From assembly GCA_047495785.1 (NCBI GenBank), contig JBLDXI010000054.1, positions 3,286,001-3,350,000 of the forward strand: a stretch of DNA of 64,000 bases, given 5' to 3'. Positions 39,553 to 54,600 of the stretch are shown piece after piece. Positions within the stretch are counted from its first letter, which is position 1. Each line of letters starts with the position of its first letter. The notes below the pieces were generated by a model. That model saw only the letters and a list, made by a program, of their open reading frames with translations, ran no database searches and was not told the DNA's origin. The translations under genes and the position numbers were made by a program. Source of the DNA: Lepidodermella squamata (lineage: Eukaryota > Animalia > Gastrotricha).

Positions 39553-42204
39553 ATGAAATTCGAATTATCTATATTACTTCTTCTAATTTCTACTGCGGGC
39601 ATCTGTCGAGGCGATGACCCGGTCGAACCAGAACCAGAAATAACTTCTGAGCCGGCTATCGATCCAGCAACAACTGTTGCTCCAGAAGAACCAGCAACCG
39701 AGCCAGCTACAGACGAACCAGCAACAACTGCTGCTCCAGAGGAACCAGCAACAACTGCTGCTCCAGAGGAACCAGCAACCGAGCCAGCTACAGACGAACC
39801 AGCAATAACTGTTGCTCCAGAGGAACCAGCAACCGAGCCAGCTACAGACGAACCAGCAACAACGGATGCTCCAGAGGAACCAGCAACCGAGCCAGCTACA
39901 GACGAACCAGCAACAACTGCTGCTCCAGAGGAACCAGCAACCGAACCTGCAACAGAGGAGCCAGCTACTACAGCTGCTCCTGAGGAACCAGCAACCGAGC
40001 CAGCTACAGACGAACCGGCAACAACTGCTGCTCCAGAGGAACCAGCAACAACTGCTGCTCCAGAGGAACCAGCAACAACTGCTGCTCCAGAGGAACCAGC
40101 AACCGAGCCAGCTACAGACGAACCGGCAACAACTGCTGCTCCAGAGGAACCAGCAACAACTGCCGCTCCAGAGGAACCAGCAACCGAGCCAGCTACAGAC
40201 GAACCGGCAACAACTGCCGCTCCAGAGGAACCAGCAACCGAGCCAGCTACAGACGAACCTGCAACAACTGCTGCTCCAGAGGAACCAGCAACCGAACCTG
40301 CAACAGAGGAGCCAGCTACTACAGCTGCTCCTGAGGAACCTGCAACCGAGCCTGCAACAGACGAGCCAGCCACTACCGCTGCTCCGGAAGAGCCAGTGAC
40401 GGAAGAAGCTACCACTACAGCTCCAGTTGACCCTGTTACAGAAGAAGCTACCACTGCAGCACCAGTTGATCCAGTCACAGAAGAAGCTACCACTGCAGCT
40501 CCAGTTGACCCTGTTACAGAAGAAGCTACCACTGCAGCACCAGTTGACCCTGTTACAGAAGAAGCTACCACTGCAGCACCAGTTGATCCAGTCACAGAGG
40601 AAGCTACCACTGCAGCTCCAGTTGATCCAGTAACGGAAGCATCTACCACTGCAGCTCCAGTTGATCCAGTCACAGAAGAAGCTACCACAGCAGCTCCAGT
40701 TGACCCCGTTACAGAAGAAGCTACCACTGCAGCACCAGTTGACCCTGTTACTGAAGAAGCTACCACTGCAGCTCCAGTTGATCCAGTCACAGAAGAAGCT
40801 ACCACTGCAGCACCAGTTGACCCTGTTACTGAAGAAGCTACCACTGCAGCTCCAGTTGATCCAGTAACGGAAGCAGCCACAACTGCAGCTCCAGTTGATC
40901 CAGTAACGGAAGCAGCCACAACTGCAGCTCCAGTTGATCCAGTAACGGAAGCAGCCACAACTGCTGCCCCTGTAGATCCGGTCACAGAGCCTGCAACAAC
41001 TCAGAAACCCGTCGACCCTGTTACTGTCGCTGCTACGACCAAGGCAGCCGATCCTCTTACGGATGCAGCCACGACCGTCGTTTCCGCAATTTACAGGATA
41101 GGTAAGACTTTTTATACTGTGTATTCTTGATTTTTAATTTGGATATCCTGGTTCAGAGGTCGCGTCAAATATGGGGGTTGACTACATATTAATAAGCAAC
41201 AGTCCTCAATACTGGAGTGACGACTTATCGAAGCCTGAAACAGAATTGTACAAGACTGCAAGCTCGATATTCGAGAAGGAGGTAGCTTTCATTCAAATGA
41301 TCCGTAAATTTTTCCAAAATATGCCTTTCAGATAAGAAAAATCTACGATGAAGCCAAAATTGAGTACAATGACGTTTCGATAAAGAGCTTTACGTAAGAG
41401 AATCGAGAAAATATTAACCTAGTTGAGAGCCTGTATTTATATCTAGGAAAAAAACTAAATCGGTGTTGTCATGGCTGTGGTATCTTCGAGCGGACCAAGA
41501 TGGCATCACTTCGAACTACGCTGTTACACTGAAACCAAGCCGGACTAAACCCGACGAAGATGCGCTGCAGAAGGAGATCCAGGCATCGGTTGACCAGGCA
41601 GTTAAATCACTATCAGATAGCGGCGCGTTCAAAGATTCGCTGGGAGGCACTGTTTCTGTTACTATCGAAAAAGTCGCAACTACTCAAGAGCCAATCACTC
41701 CGGTGACAACGGCGTCGCCGGCATTGGGTGCTGCTGAGTTGGCTGGTATTATAGTCGGTTCAGTCTTGGGAGGAGTCATTTTGATCGTCTTGATCGGCTA
41801 TTTGATGTAAGTCAATAACTTACTACGATATTTCTACCGGGTTCATCATCATTTGATTTTAAAGATTCCGATCTCGAAATAGTTCTGCTAACTCGGACGT
41901 TGAGTCCAATCATTCAAGCCGTCATTCCAGTGATTCAACAATAAATGTTGTTACCAAGTCTGCAGAGAATGGCAAGGAAGTGCAAAGCGTGCCGATGGCG
42001 GCCATGCCTTCCACTTACGCCTACTCGCAGCCTCAGGCCTATGCTGCACCTACCACTGACCCGCGACAGAGCAACGCAGTTCCAACGACTTACATGACAT
42101 CACCTATGCCAACCTATGCGCCGATTCCCCGAGCGCCAGTTGTTACTCAGGCAGCAACAACGGCGCAAGTGCCAAACGGCGATGAAGATGAACTCGAATT
42201 TTAG
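39553..42204 (+). CDS. Transmembrane mucin: signal peptide, Thr/Glu/Pro/Ala repeats, SEA-like module, TM, cytoplasmic tail; exons 39553-41101, 41157-41281, 41332-41393, 41447-41806, 41865-42204
   Basis: MKFELSILLLLISTAGICRG; repeat array; WSDDLSKPETELYK...FEKEIRKIY SEA-type signature; TM LAGIIVGSVLGGVILIVLIGYLIF; ends DELEF*. Confidence 0.88.
39661..41000 (+). repeat. Coding minisatellite: 27-bp units (PATTAAPEE / PATEPATDE) switching near 40390 to 39-bp units (PVTEEATTAAPVD)
   Basis: Direct reading of the tandem units. Confidence 0.95.
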
Positions 42205-45200
42205 ATATTCGGAGTTTCCGTGGCGAAACTTTAGCCTTCATTTTCTCAATAATTGCCACTTGTTACAGAATTACATGAATTTATTGATGCCGCCATTTAT
42301 TGTTGTAGACATCACGGGGCTCTTCCTTTTTGGAGAACAAAAAGCATAAGCATGAAGAGCATATAATTTTATATATAACTTGCATTGGGTATTATTTGGA
42401 CAATATCATCGAAAATAAATAGGAAATAAAGAATACATAAAAGTGGTTCTTTTCAAATCCGGTCGATCGTGCATGTTTCCCGTAATATTCCGCACCACCT
42501 GTTGATGTCCGTCTGACTCTCAATATTACAGTCCTGATGAGAGAAAAATAGTATTTCACAGAGGCTGGTGATCTCTCAATTTATTCGCCAAGGGTGTCGC
42601 CCATTTTCTCGACCTCGTCTTCCACATTTTGATGATTGTGTTATACAGTTTGTCCAAGAAATTTAAGTTAAAGTTTTTTATCTGCCATTTCATCCATTCG
42701 AGGGGTTTTTCGACGAGGGCATCCGTTCGAAAGAGGGCTCTCGCCTGTTTTTCCGAGTCATCGCCCATTTTTGTGCGATCAGCAGTTTGCAAGTACCAGG
42801 TCTGCAAATTCAATTTTTTAAGGGAGCGATAACACCGATTTTCAAGTATCATTTTCCCACACATGAAAATCCGTTCGAAATGTCAGATTTTTTACCAAAT
42901 ACCATTTGAAGAGCTGAGGTTAAACATGCCAACGACTCGTAGAATCATCGCCGGCTCGTTCATTCGCTTAAAAATGGGGGCATTGCAACTTTCGTGTTTT
43001 CACGATTTAAGCAAAAAATACCCCATTTCTATGGAAAGACGTGAAAACTGCAGTTTATACCGACTTTTCAAGTAAGATGGCAAGGGGACGATCAAGCGAG
43101 TTGGCGGCAAGCTATTCCCACTGTAGCAAGCGTAGCCTTGGCCGGGCGGCCGCACTTATATTTTGAGGCTTCTCAGTCGCCGGCTCAGCCACCTGTTTAT
43201 TGTTTATTCTTGGGCGGCCTACCGCGTTTACGCTTCTAGACTATTTTTCCTACCACTTCCTACCGGAGTTCTGTTCATGAGGCGGCGGGGCTGTTATAAT
43301 GAATGGCAATTAAACTCTCGAAAATATTAAGGTGGGTTAATAAAATTGAACCGCTCTTTTATGATGGCCTCAGAGTTCTTTTTGTCGCAAGGTGGGCAAT
43401 AAAAATCATCCCTTTTGGCATTGTTTTTCTTGCAATCTTTTCAGAACTAGCTCAGAACTAACAATGGCAACAACATTAAACAGCTTGTCGCATGCAAGAT
43501 ACAAGATACATCACGCTATGTGCGTGCGCGCGCAAACAATTTCAAATTTAATGTGATGTGTAGGTTGGGCTAACTTAAATTGAGCGAGTGCGCGGTTGGG
43601 TGAAAAATTTAGGGCGGTCGGGAATCATCCGACATCAGACCCAATGATTCTCAGCGAGGTGAAACGAAAAGGAAACGAAACCAATTTTTGAGGCAAGCGG
43701 AAAGCCAAGGAAAATTAAGAAATCACCGAGGTATTATAACTTCTTGTTGTTTTTTGTTTCCGTTTCTTCCATAGTCGCGCTTGAAATCTTAGTCGCTATG
43801 AATTTCATCACCTTTACAATTGTTTAGAAGTTTTCTTTCAGTTCTCCGAACACAGCCTCATCTTGCTTATTTTCATTCGTGTGGAAACGTGTGGCTATCA
43901 CAGTTTATTGCTTGGATTTACCTTCGATCTTGGATTACCTTGGATTTACGATTTGCAATCAGCTGTGGAAATTGACGTTAGCTTCGACCGAAAGGTTGTA
44001 CTAAATGAAAAGAAGAAACTGATGGCCTCAAAAGTCGCCTGTCTATGCCAATCTTCAGAAAGTTTCGAAAGCACAAAATCAGTTATAACTACGAAGATTA
44101 GTCTTCTTAGGTTCGAGATCTTCAGTTACTTCAGCTACCTCATCACGCTCTACCCAGTTTGAACGGCCAGGACACAGAGACTCGCATATATTATTGGTAC
44201 AGTCATCGTAAGACCTCAAGCAGAGATCTGGGGGCAACGATTCTCGCGCAGACGGGCAGGCTTGGATGGGCCGACTTTTGCATCTGTGCCGAGCTAATCG
44301 TCAACTCCCATCAACGCTTTTCGGTTTATTGCGCTGTGTGTTTAGTGACTTATGTTCCAGACCTTTCAGCACTTAGCAGAAGTGCAGGGTAACTTGGTAA
44401 AAGGGGTATTTTGGAAGCTTAAGTTCGATTATGTTCGATTCACCCAGCACGGTTGTTGTTGAAGGCAGAACATGAGAAAGTGCGAAGCGCGAAGTTGGAA
44501 AAAGCAGCATCCGGATCAAGCAAGGCCTGGTCCTTAATTGTTCAGTGTCCCTAAACTCTCAACCATTCCTAATAACGATTTATTCGCAGTCGCTTCGAAT
44601 TTCGGCTTAGAACGTCAAAATCACCAAAATTGGTCTTAGCACATCGCCTGCAAAACACCCGATCTTCTGGCGTCAGCTTAAGTTCGAAATCTCAATTTCC
44701 CATAAAGGTCAAGGTTCACGTCTGGAGCGTCCTGCCTGGAGCGTCACCTTCAAATGAGGGTTAGCGTCACCCGCATGCTTGAGTTTAGGAAATCAGCTGC
44801 GGCTCGAGCAATAAAATAATCAGTGATGGGCGGGGCTTGTGGGCGTGACTCCAGATTGCCGTAGCTCGTGCCGAAGTTATTGCCAGTTTTTGCCTTAATT
44901 TTTTGTGCGTAATCAGTGAAGAATGATACGCGAAATACCACGAAAAGAAAAAAGATAGCCGCTTTACTGTTCCAGTTAATTAATGAAACGATAAAAAATA
45001 ACTCGTGGTGCTCAGTATTTACTCGCCCGTGGGAACTCCAAGTTCTAAACATTATCTCGAGGCGAGTAGATATTATGACCTAAAGAGCTGGAGCGAGTGG
45101 ATTAGTACTAACAAAAAATAAGATAATTAGCTGAAATAACCAATCGGTTGAACGAAGGGTGGGTCTATGAAAAGCTATGTCTTATGGCAGCCGTAGGGCG

Positions 45201-45667
45201 TAGTTGCGAAACTCGTTTCTTGGGCGTTACAAAACCCAGGTGTTTTGTTTCGACTTGAAATGTTCCGATTAATGTGACAAGAATGAACTGAAAAGAAAGC
45301 CTGTTATTGGAAGAAGAAGCGATAATATTGTGAAGCGTTCGGAATTACAGGTGATTGATTAAAATGACTTCAGACCAGAATTCAGCATTCTATCAAAAAC
45401 TTGGGAGCAGCCAGAAATCTGCCATTGCCAATGTAACCATTTAAATTACGTGCGATATCGCATCACGTTGTTTCGATAGCCTGAAATAACTTTACTGCTA
45501 ATCATTTGTTGAGGACAATGGGCGCGGCCCTATCACAAGAAACACCCACGCTTAAAAGTAGAGTAGAAAGTCAGCGGCGCTATCGCAACTAACTACAGCA
45601 GTTTACTACTGAATAAACAAATCTTGAAACTGTTTCTGCCGGAATTCGGAAATGATATTCGAGCTCG

Positions 45668-48600
45668 ATGGATCTAAAAGTAACTAAAAAACTTGCGTTG
45701 TCACTATCCTTGCTGGCTCTATATAACGTAGCATGTAAGTTGATGATGACGTTACTCATATATTCGGTTTGTATAATTATATGTTGACAGATGGGAACGT
45801 GATACGATTAGGCAGCGGAAACGAATTCAAAAATGCGCAGATCAACACCGAAGAAAAGCATCAAAATAATCCCCAGTTCCTGAAAGGCACAGAAGAAAGT
45901 ATATTAGTGGAAACATCTCAACACAAGTTCAACATCACGCGATCACATTTATTAAAAAATGGGTCATTTATCGATTCTTTAAATGCTGACAGCAAAACAA
46001 GGGTTCGCAGAGATATAACAGCGGACGAAAAAGCAGTTGATGATGAAACAACAACGATTGAAGCGGTAACTGAGGCCGAAACCGAAGCTCCAACGACTGA
46101 AGCGGTTACTGAGGCCGAAACTGAAGCTCCGACAACTGAAGCGGTTACTGAGGCGGAAACCGAAGCACCGACAACCGAAGCGGTTACTGAGGCCGAAACC
46201 GAAGCTCCAACGACTGAAGCTGTTACTGAGGCCGAAACTGAAGCTCCGACAACTGAAGCGGTTACTGAGGCCGAAACCGAAGCTCCAACGACTGAAGCTG
46301 TTACTGAGGCCGAAACTGAAGCTCCGACAACTGAAGCGGTTACTGAGGCGGAAACCGAAGCACCGACAACCGAAGCCGTCACAGAGCCCGTAACAGACGC
46401 TCCAACGACTGAAGCGGTTACTGAAGCCGAAACTGAAGCTCCAACGACCGAAGCCGTGACAGAGCCTGTAACAGAAGCTCCAACAACCGAAGCGGTCACT
46501 GATGCCGAAACCGAAGCTCCAACGACTGAAGCGGTTACTGAGGCGGAAACCGAAGCTCCAACGACTGAAGCCGTCACAGAGCCTGTAACAGAAGCTCCAA
46601 CAACCGAAGCGGTAACTGAGGCCGAAACCGAAGCTCCAACGACCGAAGCCGTGACAGAGCCTGTAACAGAAGCTCCAACAACCGAAGCGGTCACTGATGC
46701 CGAAACCGAAGCTCCAACGACTGAAGCGGTTACTGAGGCGGAAACCGAAGCTCCAACGACTGAAGCCGTCACAGAGCCTGTAACAGAAGCTCCAACAACC
46801 GAAGCGGTAACTGAGGCCGAAACCGAAGCTCCAACGACTGAAGCCGTGACCGAGCCTGTAACAGAAGCTCCAACAACCGAAGCTGTTACTGAGCCCGTAA
46901 CAGACGCTCCAACGACTGAAGCGGTTACTGAAGCCGAAACCGAAGCTCCAACGACTGAAGCCGTGACCGAGCCTGTAACAGAAGCTCCAACAACCGAAAC
47001 GGTTACTGAGGCCGAAACCGAAGCTCCAACAACCGAAGCGGTTACTGAGGCCGAAACCGAAGCCCCAACGACTGAAGCCGTGACCGAGCCTGTAACGGAA
47101 GCTCCAACGACTGAAGCGGTTACTGAAGCCGAAACCGAAGCTCCAACGACTGAAGCCGTGACCGAGCCTGTAACAGAAGCTCCAACAACCGAAGCGGTTA
47201 CTGAGGCCGAAACCGAAGCGCCAACGACTGAAGCCGTCACAGAGCCCGTAACAGACGCTCCAACGACTGAAGCGGTTACTGAAGCCGAAACTGAAGCTCC
47301 AACGACTGAAGCCGTGACCGAGCCTGTAACGGAAGCTCCAACAACCGAAGCGGTTACTGAGGCCGAAACCGAAGCTCCAACATCCGAAGCGGTTACTGAG
47401 GCCGAAACCGAAGCTCCAACGACTGAAGCCGTGACCGAGCCTGTAACGGAAGCTCCAACAACCGAAGCGGTTACTGAGGCCGAAACCGAAGCTCCAACGA
47501 CTGAAGCCGTGACCGAGCCTGTAACAGAAGCTCCAACAACCGAAGCGGTTACTGAGGCCGAAACCGAAGCTCCAACGACTAAAGCCGTGACCGAGCCTGT
47601 AACAGAAGCTCCAACAACCGAAGCGGTTACTGAGGCCGAAACCGAAGCGCCAACGACTGAAGCCGTCACAGAGCCCGTAACAGACGCTCCAACGACTGAA
47701 GCGGTTACTGAAGCCGAAACTGAAGCTCCAACGACTGAAGCCGTGACCGAGCCTGTAACGGAAGCTCCAACAACCGAAGCGGTTACTGAGGCCGAAACCG
47801 AAGCTCCAACGACTGAAGCCGTGACCGAGCCTGTAACGGAAGCTCCAACAACCGAAGCGGTTACTGAGGCCGAAACCGAAGCTCCAACGACTGAAGCCGT
47901 GACCGAGCCTGTAACGGAAGCTCCAACAACCGAAGCGGTTACTGAAGCCGAACCTGAAGCTCCAACGACCGAAGCCGTCACAGAGCCTGTAACAGAAGCA
48001 CCGACAACCGAAGCGGTTACTGAGGCCGAAACCGGAGCTCCAACGACTGAAGCCGTGACCGAGCCTGTAACAGAAGCTCCAACAACCGAAGCTGTTACTG
48101 AGGCCGAAACCGAAGCTCCAACGACTGAAGCGGTTACTGAGACCGAAACTGAAGCTCCAACGACCGAAGCCGTCACAGAGGGTGTAACAGAAGCACCGAC
48201 AACCGAAGCGGTTACTGAGGCCGCAACCGAAGCTCCAACGACCGAAACGGTCACAGAGCCCGTAACAGACGCTCCAACGACTGAAGCGGTTACTGAAGCC
48301 GAAACCGAAGCTCCAACGACTGAAGCCGTCACAGAGCCCGTAACAGACGCTCCAACGACTGAAGCGGTTACTGAAGCCGAAACCGAAGCTCCAACGACTG
48401 AAGCCGTGACCGAGCCTGTAACGGAATCTCCAACAACCGAAGCGGTTACTGAGGCCGAAACCGAAGCTTCGACAACGGAAGCTGTTACTGAGGCGGAAAC
48501 CGAAGCACCGACAACCGAAGCGGTTACTGAGGCCGAAACTGAAGCTCCGACAACTGAAGCGGTCACAGAGCCCGTAACAGAAGCACCGACAACCGAAGCG

Positions 48601-51600
48601 GTTACTGAGGCCGAAACCGAAGCTCCAACGACTGAAGCCGAGACCGAGCCTGTAACGGAAGCTCCAACAACCGAAGCTGTTACTGAGCCCGTAACAGACG
48701 CTCCAACGACTGAAGCGGTTACTGAAGCCGAAACCGAAGCTCCAACGACCGAAGCCGTCACAGAGCCCGTAACAGAAGCACCGACAACCGAAGCGGTTAC
48801 TGAGGCCGAAACCGAAGCTCCAACGACTGAAGCCGTGACCGAGCCTGTAACAGAAGCTCCAACAACCGAAGCTGTTACTGAGCCCGTAACAGACGCTCCA
48901 ACGACTGAAGCGGTTACTGAAGCCGAAACCGAAGCTCCAACGACCGAAGCCGTCACAGAGCCTGTAACAGAAGCACCGACAACCGAAGCGGTTACTGAGG
49001 CGGAAACCGAAGCTCCAACGACCGAAGCCGTCACAGAGCCCGTAACAGACGCTCCAACGACTGAAGCGGTTACTGAAGCCGAAACTGAAGCTCCAACGAC
49101 CGAAGCCGTCACAGAGCCTGTAACAGAAGCACCGACAACCGAAGCGGTTACTGAGGCCGAAACCGAAGCTCCAACGACTGAAGCCGTGACCGAGCCTGTA
49201 ACGGAAGCTCCAACAACCGAAGCGGTTACTGAGGCCGAAACCGAAGCTCCAACGACTGAAGCCGTGACCGAGCCTGTAACGGAAGCTCCAACAACCGAAG
49301 CGGTTACTGAGGCCGAAACCGAAGCTCCAACGACTGAAGCCGTGACCGAGCCTGTAACGGAAGCTCCAACAACCGAAGCGGTTACTGAGGCCGAAACCGA
49401 AGCTCCAACGACAGAAGCCGTGACCGAGCCTGTAACGGAAGCTCCAACAACCGAAGCGGTTACTGAGGCCGAAACCGAAGCTCCAACGACCGAAGCCGTC
49501 ACAGAGCCTGTAACAGAAGCTCCAACAACCGAAGCGGTTACTGAGGCCGAAACCGAAGCGCCAACGACTGAAGCCGTGACCGAGCCTGTAACGGAAGCTC
49601 CAACAACCGAGGCGGTTACTGAGGCCGAAACCGAAGCTCCAACAACGGAAGCGGTTACTGAGGCGGAAACCGAAGCTCCAACGACTGAAGCGGTTACTGA
49701 AGCCGAAACCGAAGCTCCAACGACTGAAGCCGTCACAGAGCCCGTAACAGACGCTCCAACAACCGAAACGGTTACTGAGGCCGAAACCGAAGCTCCAACG
49801 ACTGAAGCCGTGACCGAGCCTGTAACGGAAGCTCCAACAACCGAAGCGGTTACTGAGGCCGAAACCGAAGCTTCGACAACGGAAGCTGTTACTGAGGCGG
49901 AAACCGAAGCACCGACAACCGAAGCGGTTACTGAGGCCGAAACCGAAGCTCCAACGACTGAAGCTGTTACTGAGGCCGAAACTGAAGCTCCGACAACTGA
50001 AGCGGTTACTGAGGCGGAAACTGAAGCACCGACAACCGAAGCGGTTACTGAGGCCGAAACCGAAGCTCCAACGACTGAAGCGGTTACTGAGGCGGAAACC
50101 GAAGCACCGACAACCGAAGCCGTCACAGAGCCCGTAACAGACGCTCCAACGACTGAAGCGGTTACTGAAGCCGAAACTGAAGCTCCAACGACCGAAGCCG
50201 TCACAGAGCCTGTAACAGAAGCACCGACAACCGAAGCGGTTACTGAGGCCGAAACCGAAGCTCCAACGACTGAAGCCGTGACCGAGCCTGTAACGGAAGC
50301 TCCAACAACCGAAGCGGTTACTGAGGCCGAAACCGAAGCTCCAACGACTGAAGCCGTGACCGAGCCTGTAACGGAAGCTCCAACAACCGAAGCGGTTACT
50401 GATGCCGAAACCGAAGCTCCAACGACTGAAGCCGTGACCGAGCCTGTAACGGAAGCTCCAACAACCGAAGCGGTTACTGAGGCCGAAACCGAAGCTCCAA
50501 CGACAGAAGCCGTGACCGAGCCTGTAACGGAAGCTCCAACAACCGAAGCGGTTACTGAGGCCGAAACCGAAGCTCCAACGACCGAAGCCGTCACAGAGCC
50601 TGTAACAGAAGCTCCAACAACCGAAGCGGTTACTGAGGCCGAAACCGAAGCGCCAACGACTGAAGCCGTGACCGAGCCTGTAACGGAAGCTCCAACAACC
50701 GAGGCGGTTACTGAGGCCGAAACCGAAGCTCCAACAACGGAAGCGGTTACTGAGGCGGAAACCGAAGCTCCAACGACTGAAGCGGTTACTGAAGCCGAAA
50801 CCGAAGCTCCAACGACTGAAGCCGTCACAGAGCCCGTAACAGACGCTCCAACAACCGAAACGGTTACTGAGGCCGAAACCGAAGCTCCAACGACTGAAGC
50901 CGTGACCGAGCCTGTAACGGAAGCTCCAACAACCGAAGCGGTTACTGAGGCCGAAACCGAAGCTTCGACAACGGAAGCTGTTACTGAGGCGGAAACCGAA
51001 GCACCGACAACCGAAGCGGTTACTGAGGCCGAAACCGAAGCTCCAACGACTGAAGCTGTTACTGAGGCCGAAACTGAAGCTCCGACAACTGAAGCGGTTA
51101 CTGAGGCGGAAACTGAAGCACCGACAACCGAAGCGGTTACTGAGGCCGAAACCGAAGCTCCAACGACTGAAGCGGTTACTGAGGCGGAAACCGAAGCACC
51201 GACAACCGAAGCCGTCACAGAGCCCGTAACAGACGCTCCAACGACTGAAGCGGTTACTGAAGCCGAAACTGAAGCTCCAACGACCGAAGCCGTCACAGAG
51301 CCTGTAACAGAAGCACCGACAACCGAAGCGGTTACTGAGGCCGAAACCGAAGCTCCAACGACTGAAGCTGTTACTGAGGCCGAAACTGAAGCTCCGACAA
51401 CTGAAGCGGTTACTGAGGCGGAAACTGAAGCACCGACAACCGAAGCGGTTACTGAGGCCGAAACTGAAGCTCCGACAACTGAAGCGGTTACTGAGGCGGA
51501 AACCGAAGCACCGACAACCGAAGCCGTCACAGAGCCCGTAACAGACGCTCCAACGACTGAAGCGGTTACTGAAGCCGAAACTGAAGCTCCAACGACTGAA

Positions 51601-54600
51601 GCCGTCACAGAGCCCGTAACAGACGCTCCAACAACCGAAACGGTTACTGAGGCGGAAACCGAAGCTCCAACGACTGAAGCGGTTACTGAAGCCGAAACCG
51701 AAGCTCCAACGACTGAAGCCGTCACAGAGCCCGTAACAGACGCTCCAACAACCGAAACGGTTACTGAGGCCGAAACCGAAGCTCCAACGACCGAAGCCGT
51801 CACAGAGCCTGTAACAGAAGCACCGACAACCGAAGCGGTTACTGAGGCGGAAACCGAAGCTCCAACGACTGAAGCGGTTACTGAAGCCGAAACCGAAGCT
51901 CCAACGACTGAAGCCGTCACAGAGCCCGTAACAGACGCTCCAACAACCGAAACGGTTACTGAGGCCGAAACCGAAGCTCCAACGACCGAAGCCGTCACAG
52001 AGCCTGTAACAGAAGCACCGACAACCGAAGCGGTTACTGAGGCCGAAACCGAAGCTCCAACGACTGAAGCCGTGACCGAGCCTGTAACAGAAGCTCCAAC
52101 AACCGAAGCGGTTACTGAGGCCGAAACCGAAGCTCCAACGACTGAAGCCGTTACCGAGCCTGTAACAGAAGCACCGACAACCGAAGCGGTTACTGAGGCG
52201 GAAACCGAAGCTCCAACGACCGAAGCCGTCACAGAGGCTGTAACAGAAGCTCCAACAACCGAAGCGGTTACTGAGGCCGAAACCGAAGCGCCAACGACTG
52301 AAGCCGTGACCGAGCCTGTAACGGAAGCTCCAACAACCGAAGCGGTTACTGAGGCCGAAACCGAAGCTCCAACAACGGAAGCGGTTACTGAGGCGGAAAC
52401 CGAAGCTCCAACGACTGAAGCGGTTACTGAAGCCGAAACCGAAGCTCCAACGACTGAAGCCGTCACAGAGCCCGTAACAGACGCTCCAACAACCGAAACG
52501 GTTACTGAGGCCGAAACCGAAGCTCCAACGACTGAAGCCGTGACCGAGCCTGTAACGGAAGCTCCAACAAACGAAGCGGTTACTGAGGCCGAAACCGAAG
52601 CTCCAACAACGGAAGCGGTTACTGAGGCGGAAACCGAAGCTCCAACGACTGAAGCGGTTACTGAAGCCGAAACCGAAGCTCCAACGACTGAAGCCGTGAC
52701 CGAGCCTGTAACGGAAGCTCCAACAACCGAAGCGGTTACTGAGGCCGAAACCGAAGCTTCGACAACGGAAGCTGTTACTGAGGCGGAAACCGAAGCACCG
52801 ACAACCGAAGCGGTTACTGAGGCCGAAACCGAAGCTCCAACGACTGAAGCTGTTACTGAGGCCGAAACTGAAGCTCCGACAACTGAAGCGGTTACTGAGG
52901 CGGAAACTGAAGCACCGACAACCGAAGCGGTTACTGAGGCGGAAACCGAAGCAGCGACAACCGAAGCCGTCACAGAGCCCGTAACAGACGCTCCAACGAC
53001 TGAAGCGGTTACTGAAGCCGAAACTGAAGCTCCAACGACCGAAGCCGTCACAGAGCCTGTAACAGAAGCACCGACAACCGAAGCGGTTACTGAGGCCGAA
53101 ACCGAAGCTCCAACGACTGAAGCTGTTACTGAGGCCGAAACTGAAGCTCCGACAACTGAAGCGGTTACTGAGGCGGAAACTGAAGCACCGACAACCGAAG
53201 CGGTTACTGAGGCCGAAACTGAAGCTCCGACAACTGAAGCGGTTACTGAGGCGGAAACCGAAGCACCGACAACCGAAGCCGTCACAGAGCCCGTAACAGA
53301 CGCTCCAACGACTGAAGCGGTTACTGAAGCCGAAACTGAAGCTCCAACGACCGAAGCCGTCACAGAGCCTGTAACAGAAGCTCCAACAACCGAAGCGGTT
53401 ACTGAGGCCGAAACCGAAGCTCCAACGACTGAAGCCGTGACCGAGCCTGTAACAGAAGCTCCAACAACCGAAGCGGTTACTGAGGCCGAAACCGAAGCTC
53501 CAACAACGGAAGCCGTTACCGAGCCTGTAACAGAAGCTCCAACAACCGAAGCGGTTACTGAGGCCGTAACATTGCCGATGACGTCTCAAGTTCCAGCGTC
53601 AGTCGTTGTCTGTAAGTTATTTTTGAGAAATGTCTTTTATTTTCAGTAATGCATGCTATCATCAGCGAAACGAAAAATACTAGGAAATGTTTCATTAGCT
53701 GATCGTAATTCGACGAAATATTTGTTCGACATTTGAATAGCGAATCGCTAAGGGGAACATTATATAACATTCTTGTTTAATTCCTTACTCGGAAAGAGGA
53801 TCGGTGGGCCATATTGGTGTCAGATATATGTCTTAGTCTAATAAGCAATTTAACATCGCAAACATCGCGTCGGTTTTCATACTACAAAATAATTCCGACA
53901 ATTCTCTATCGAATAGATATAGGGTTCTCGCGTGACAAAATGGATGGAAATAAGTTTTACGCGCACCTTAAAACAAAGTACGGATGTTATTTTTTTGGCT
54001 CGAATTTTTTTAATAACTCTGCAACCATGAGGAACTTTTTGAAGCGGGCCTTACCTGTCGATAGATCTAGTCTGTTGTAAGCTTTCCTGAAATTCTCGTT
54101 TGATTGGGATAAAATTTGAGAAATTGATGACGAAAATGCTTCTTGCTATTTTTGGCGAAAAATTTCATTTTTGAAAAATGCTATGTTACATCCGACGTGA
54201 CTTGTGGCAATCATTTTTCTAGTCAGAGGGTTCAGATTTAGTCGAGAGGTGGTCCACTATCATCCATTTCACCGATTTCCACAAAAATCAACAATTGCAC
54301 AACCGATACTTGCAGCTTTGCAAATTTCGTGCAGTCCCCCAAAAATGGCAAAACCCTTTTGGATATCATTTCGTTAATGAGAAACGTTTCTGTCCGGTCC
54401 TAAGTAAAAATCTCGGTTAACGGGGCGGTAATAACATCACTCCCTGCTAAGAATATGGTCCAATTTAGATTTACTACAGGAAAATGGCAAAAAACGCTAA
54501 AAGCTGGAAAATTGCATTTTTCAAAAATGAACTTTTTCACCAAAAATAGCAAGAAGCATTTTCGTCATCCATTTCTCAAATTTTATCCCAATCTAAAGAG

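Noticed and set aside
39519-40985. Antisense and alternative-frame ORFs over mucin 1 repeats (also 55548-56810)
   Set aside because: Same repeat-shadow effect.
42500-45100. Short ORFs and GC-rich patches between the mucin genes, possibly transposon relics
   Set aside because: No recognisable domain, terminal repeat or consistent splice pattern.
45918-53589. Two antisense ORFs of ~2,500 aa (VTASVVGAS... and RFGCWSF...)
   Set aside because: By-products of a stop-free tandem repeat unit; they begin and end with the array and lack independent gene signals.
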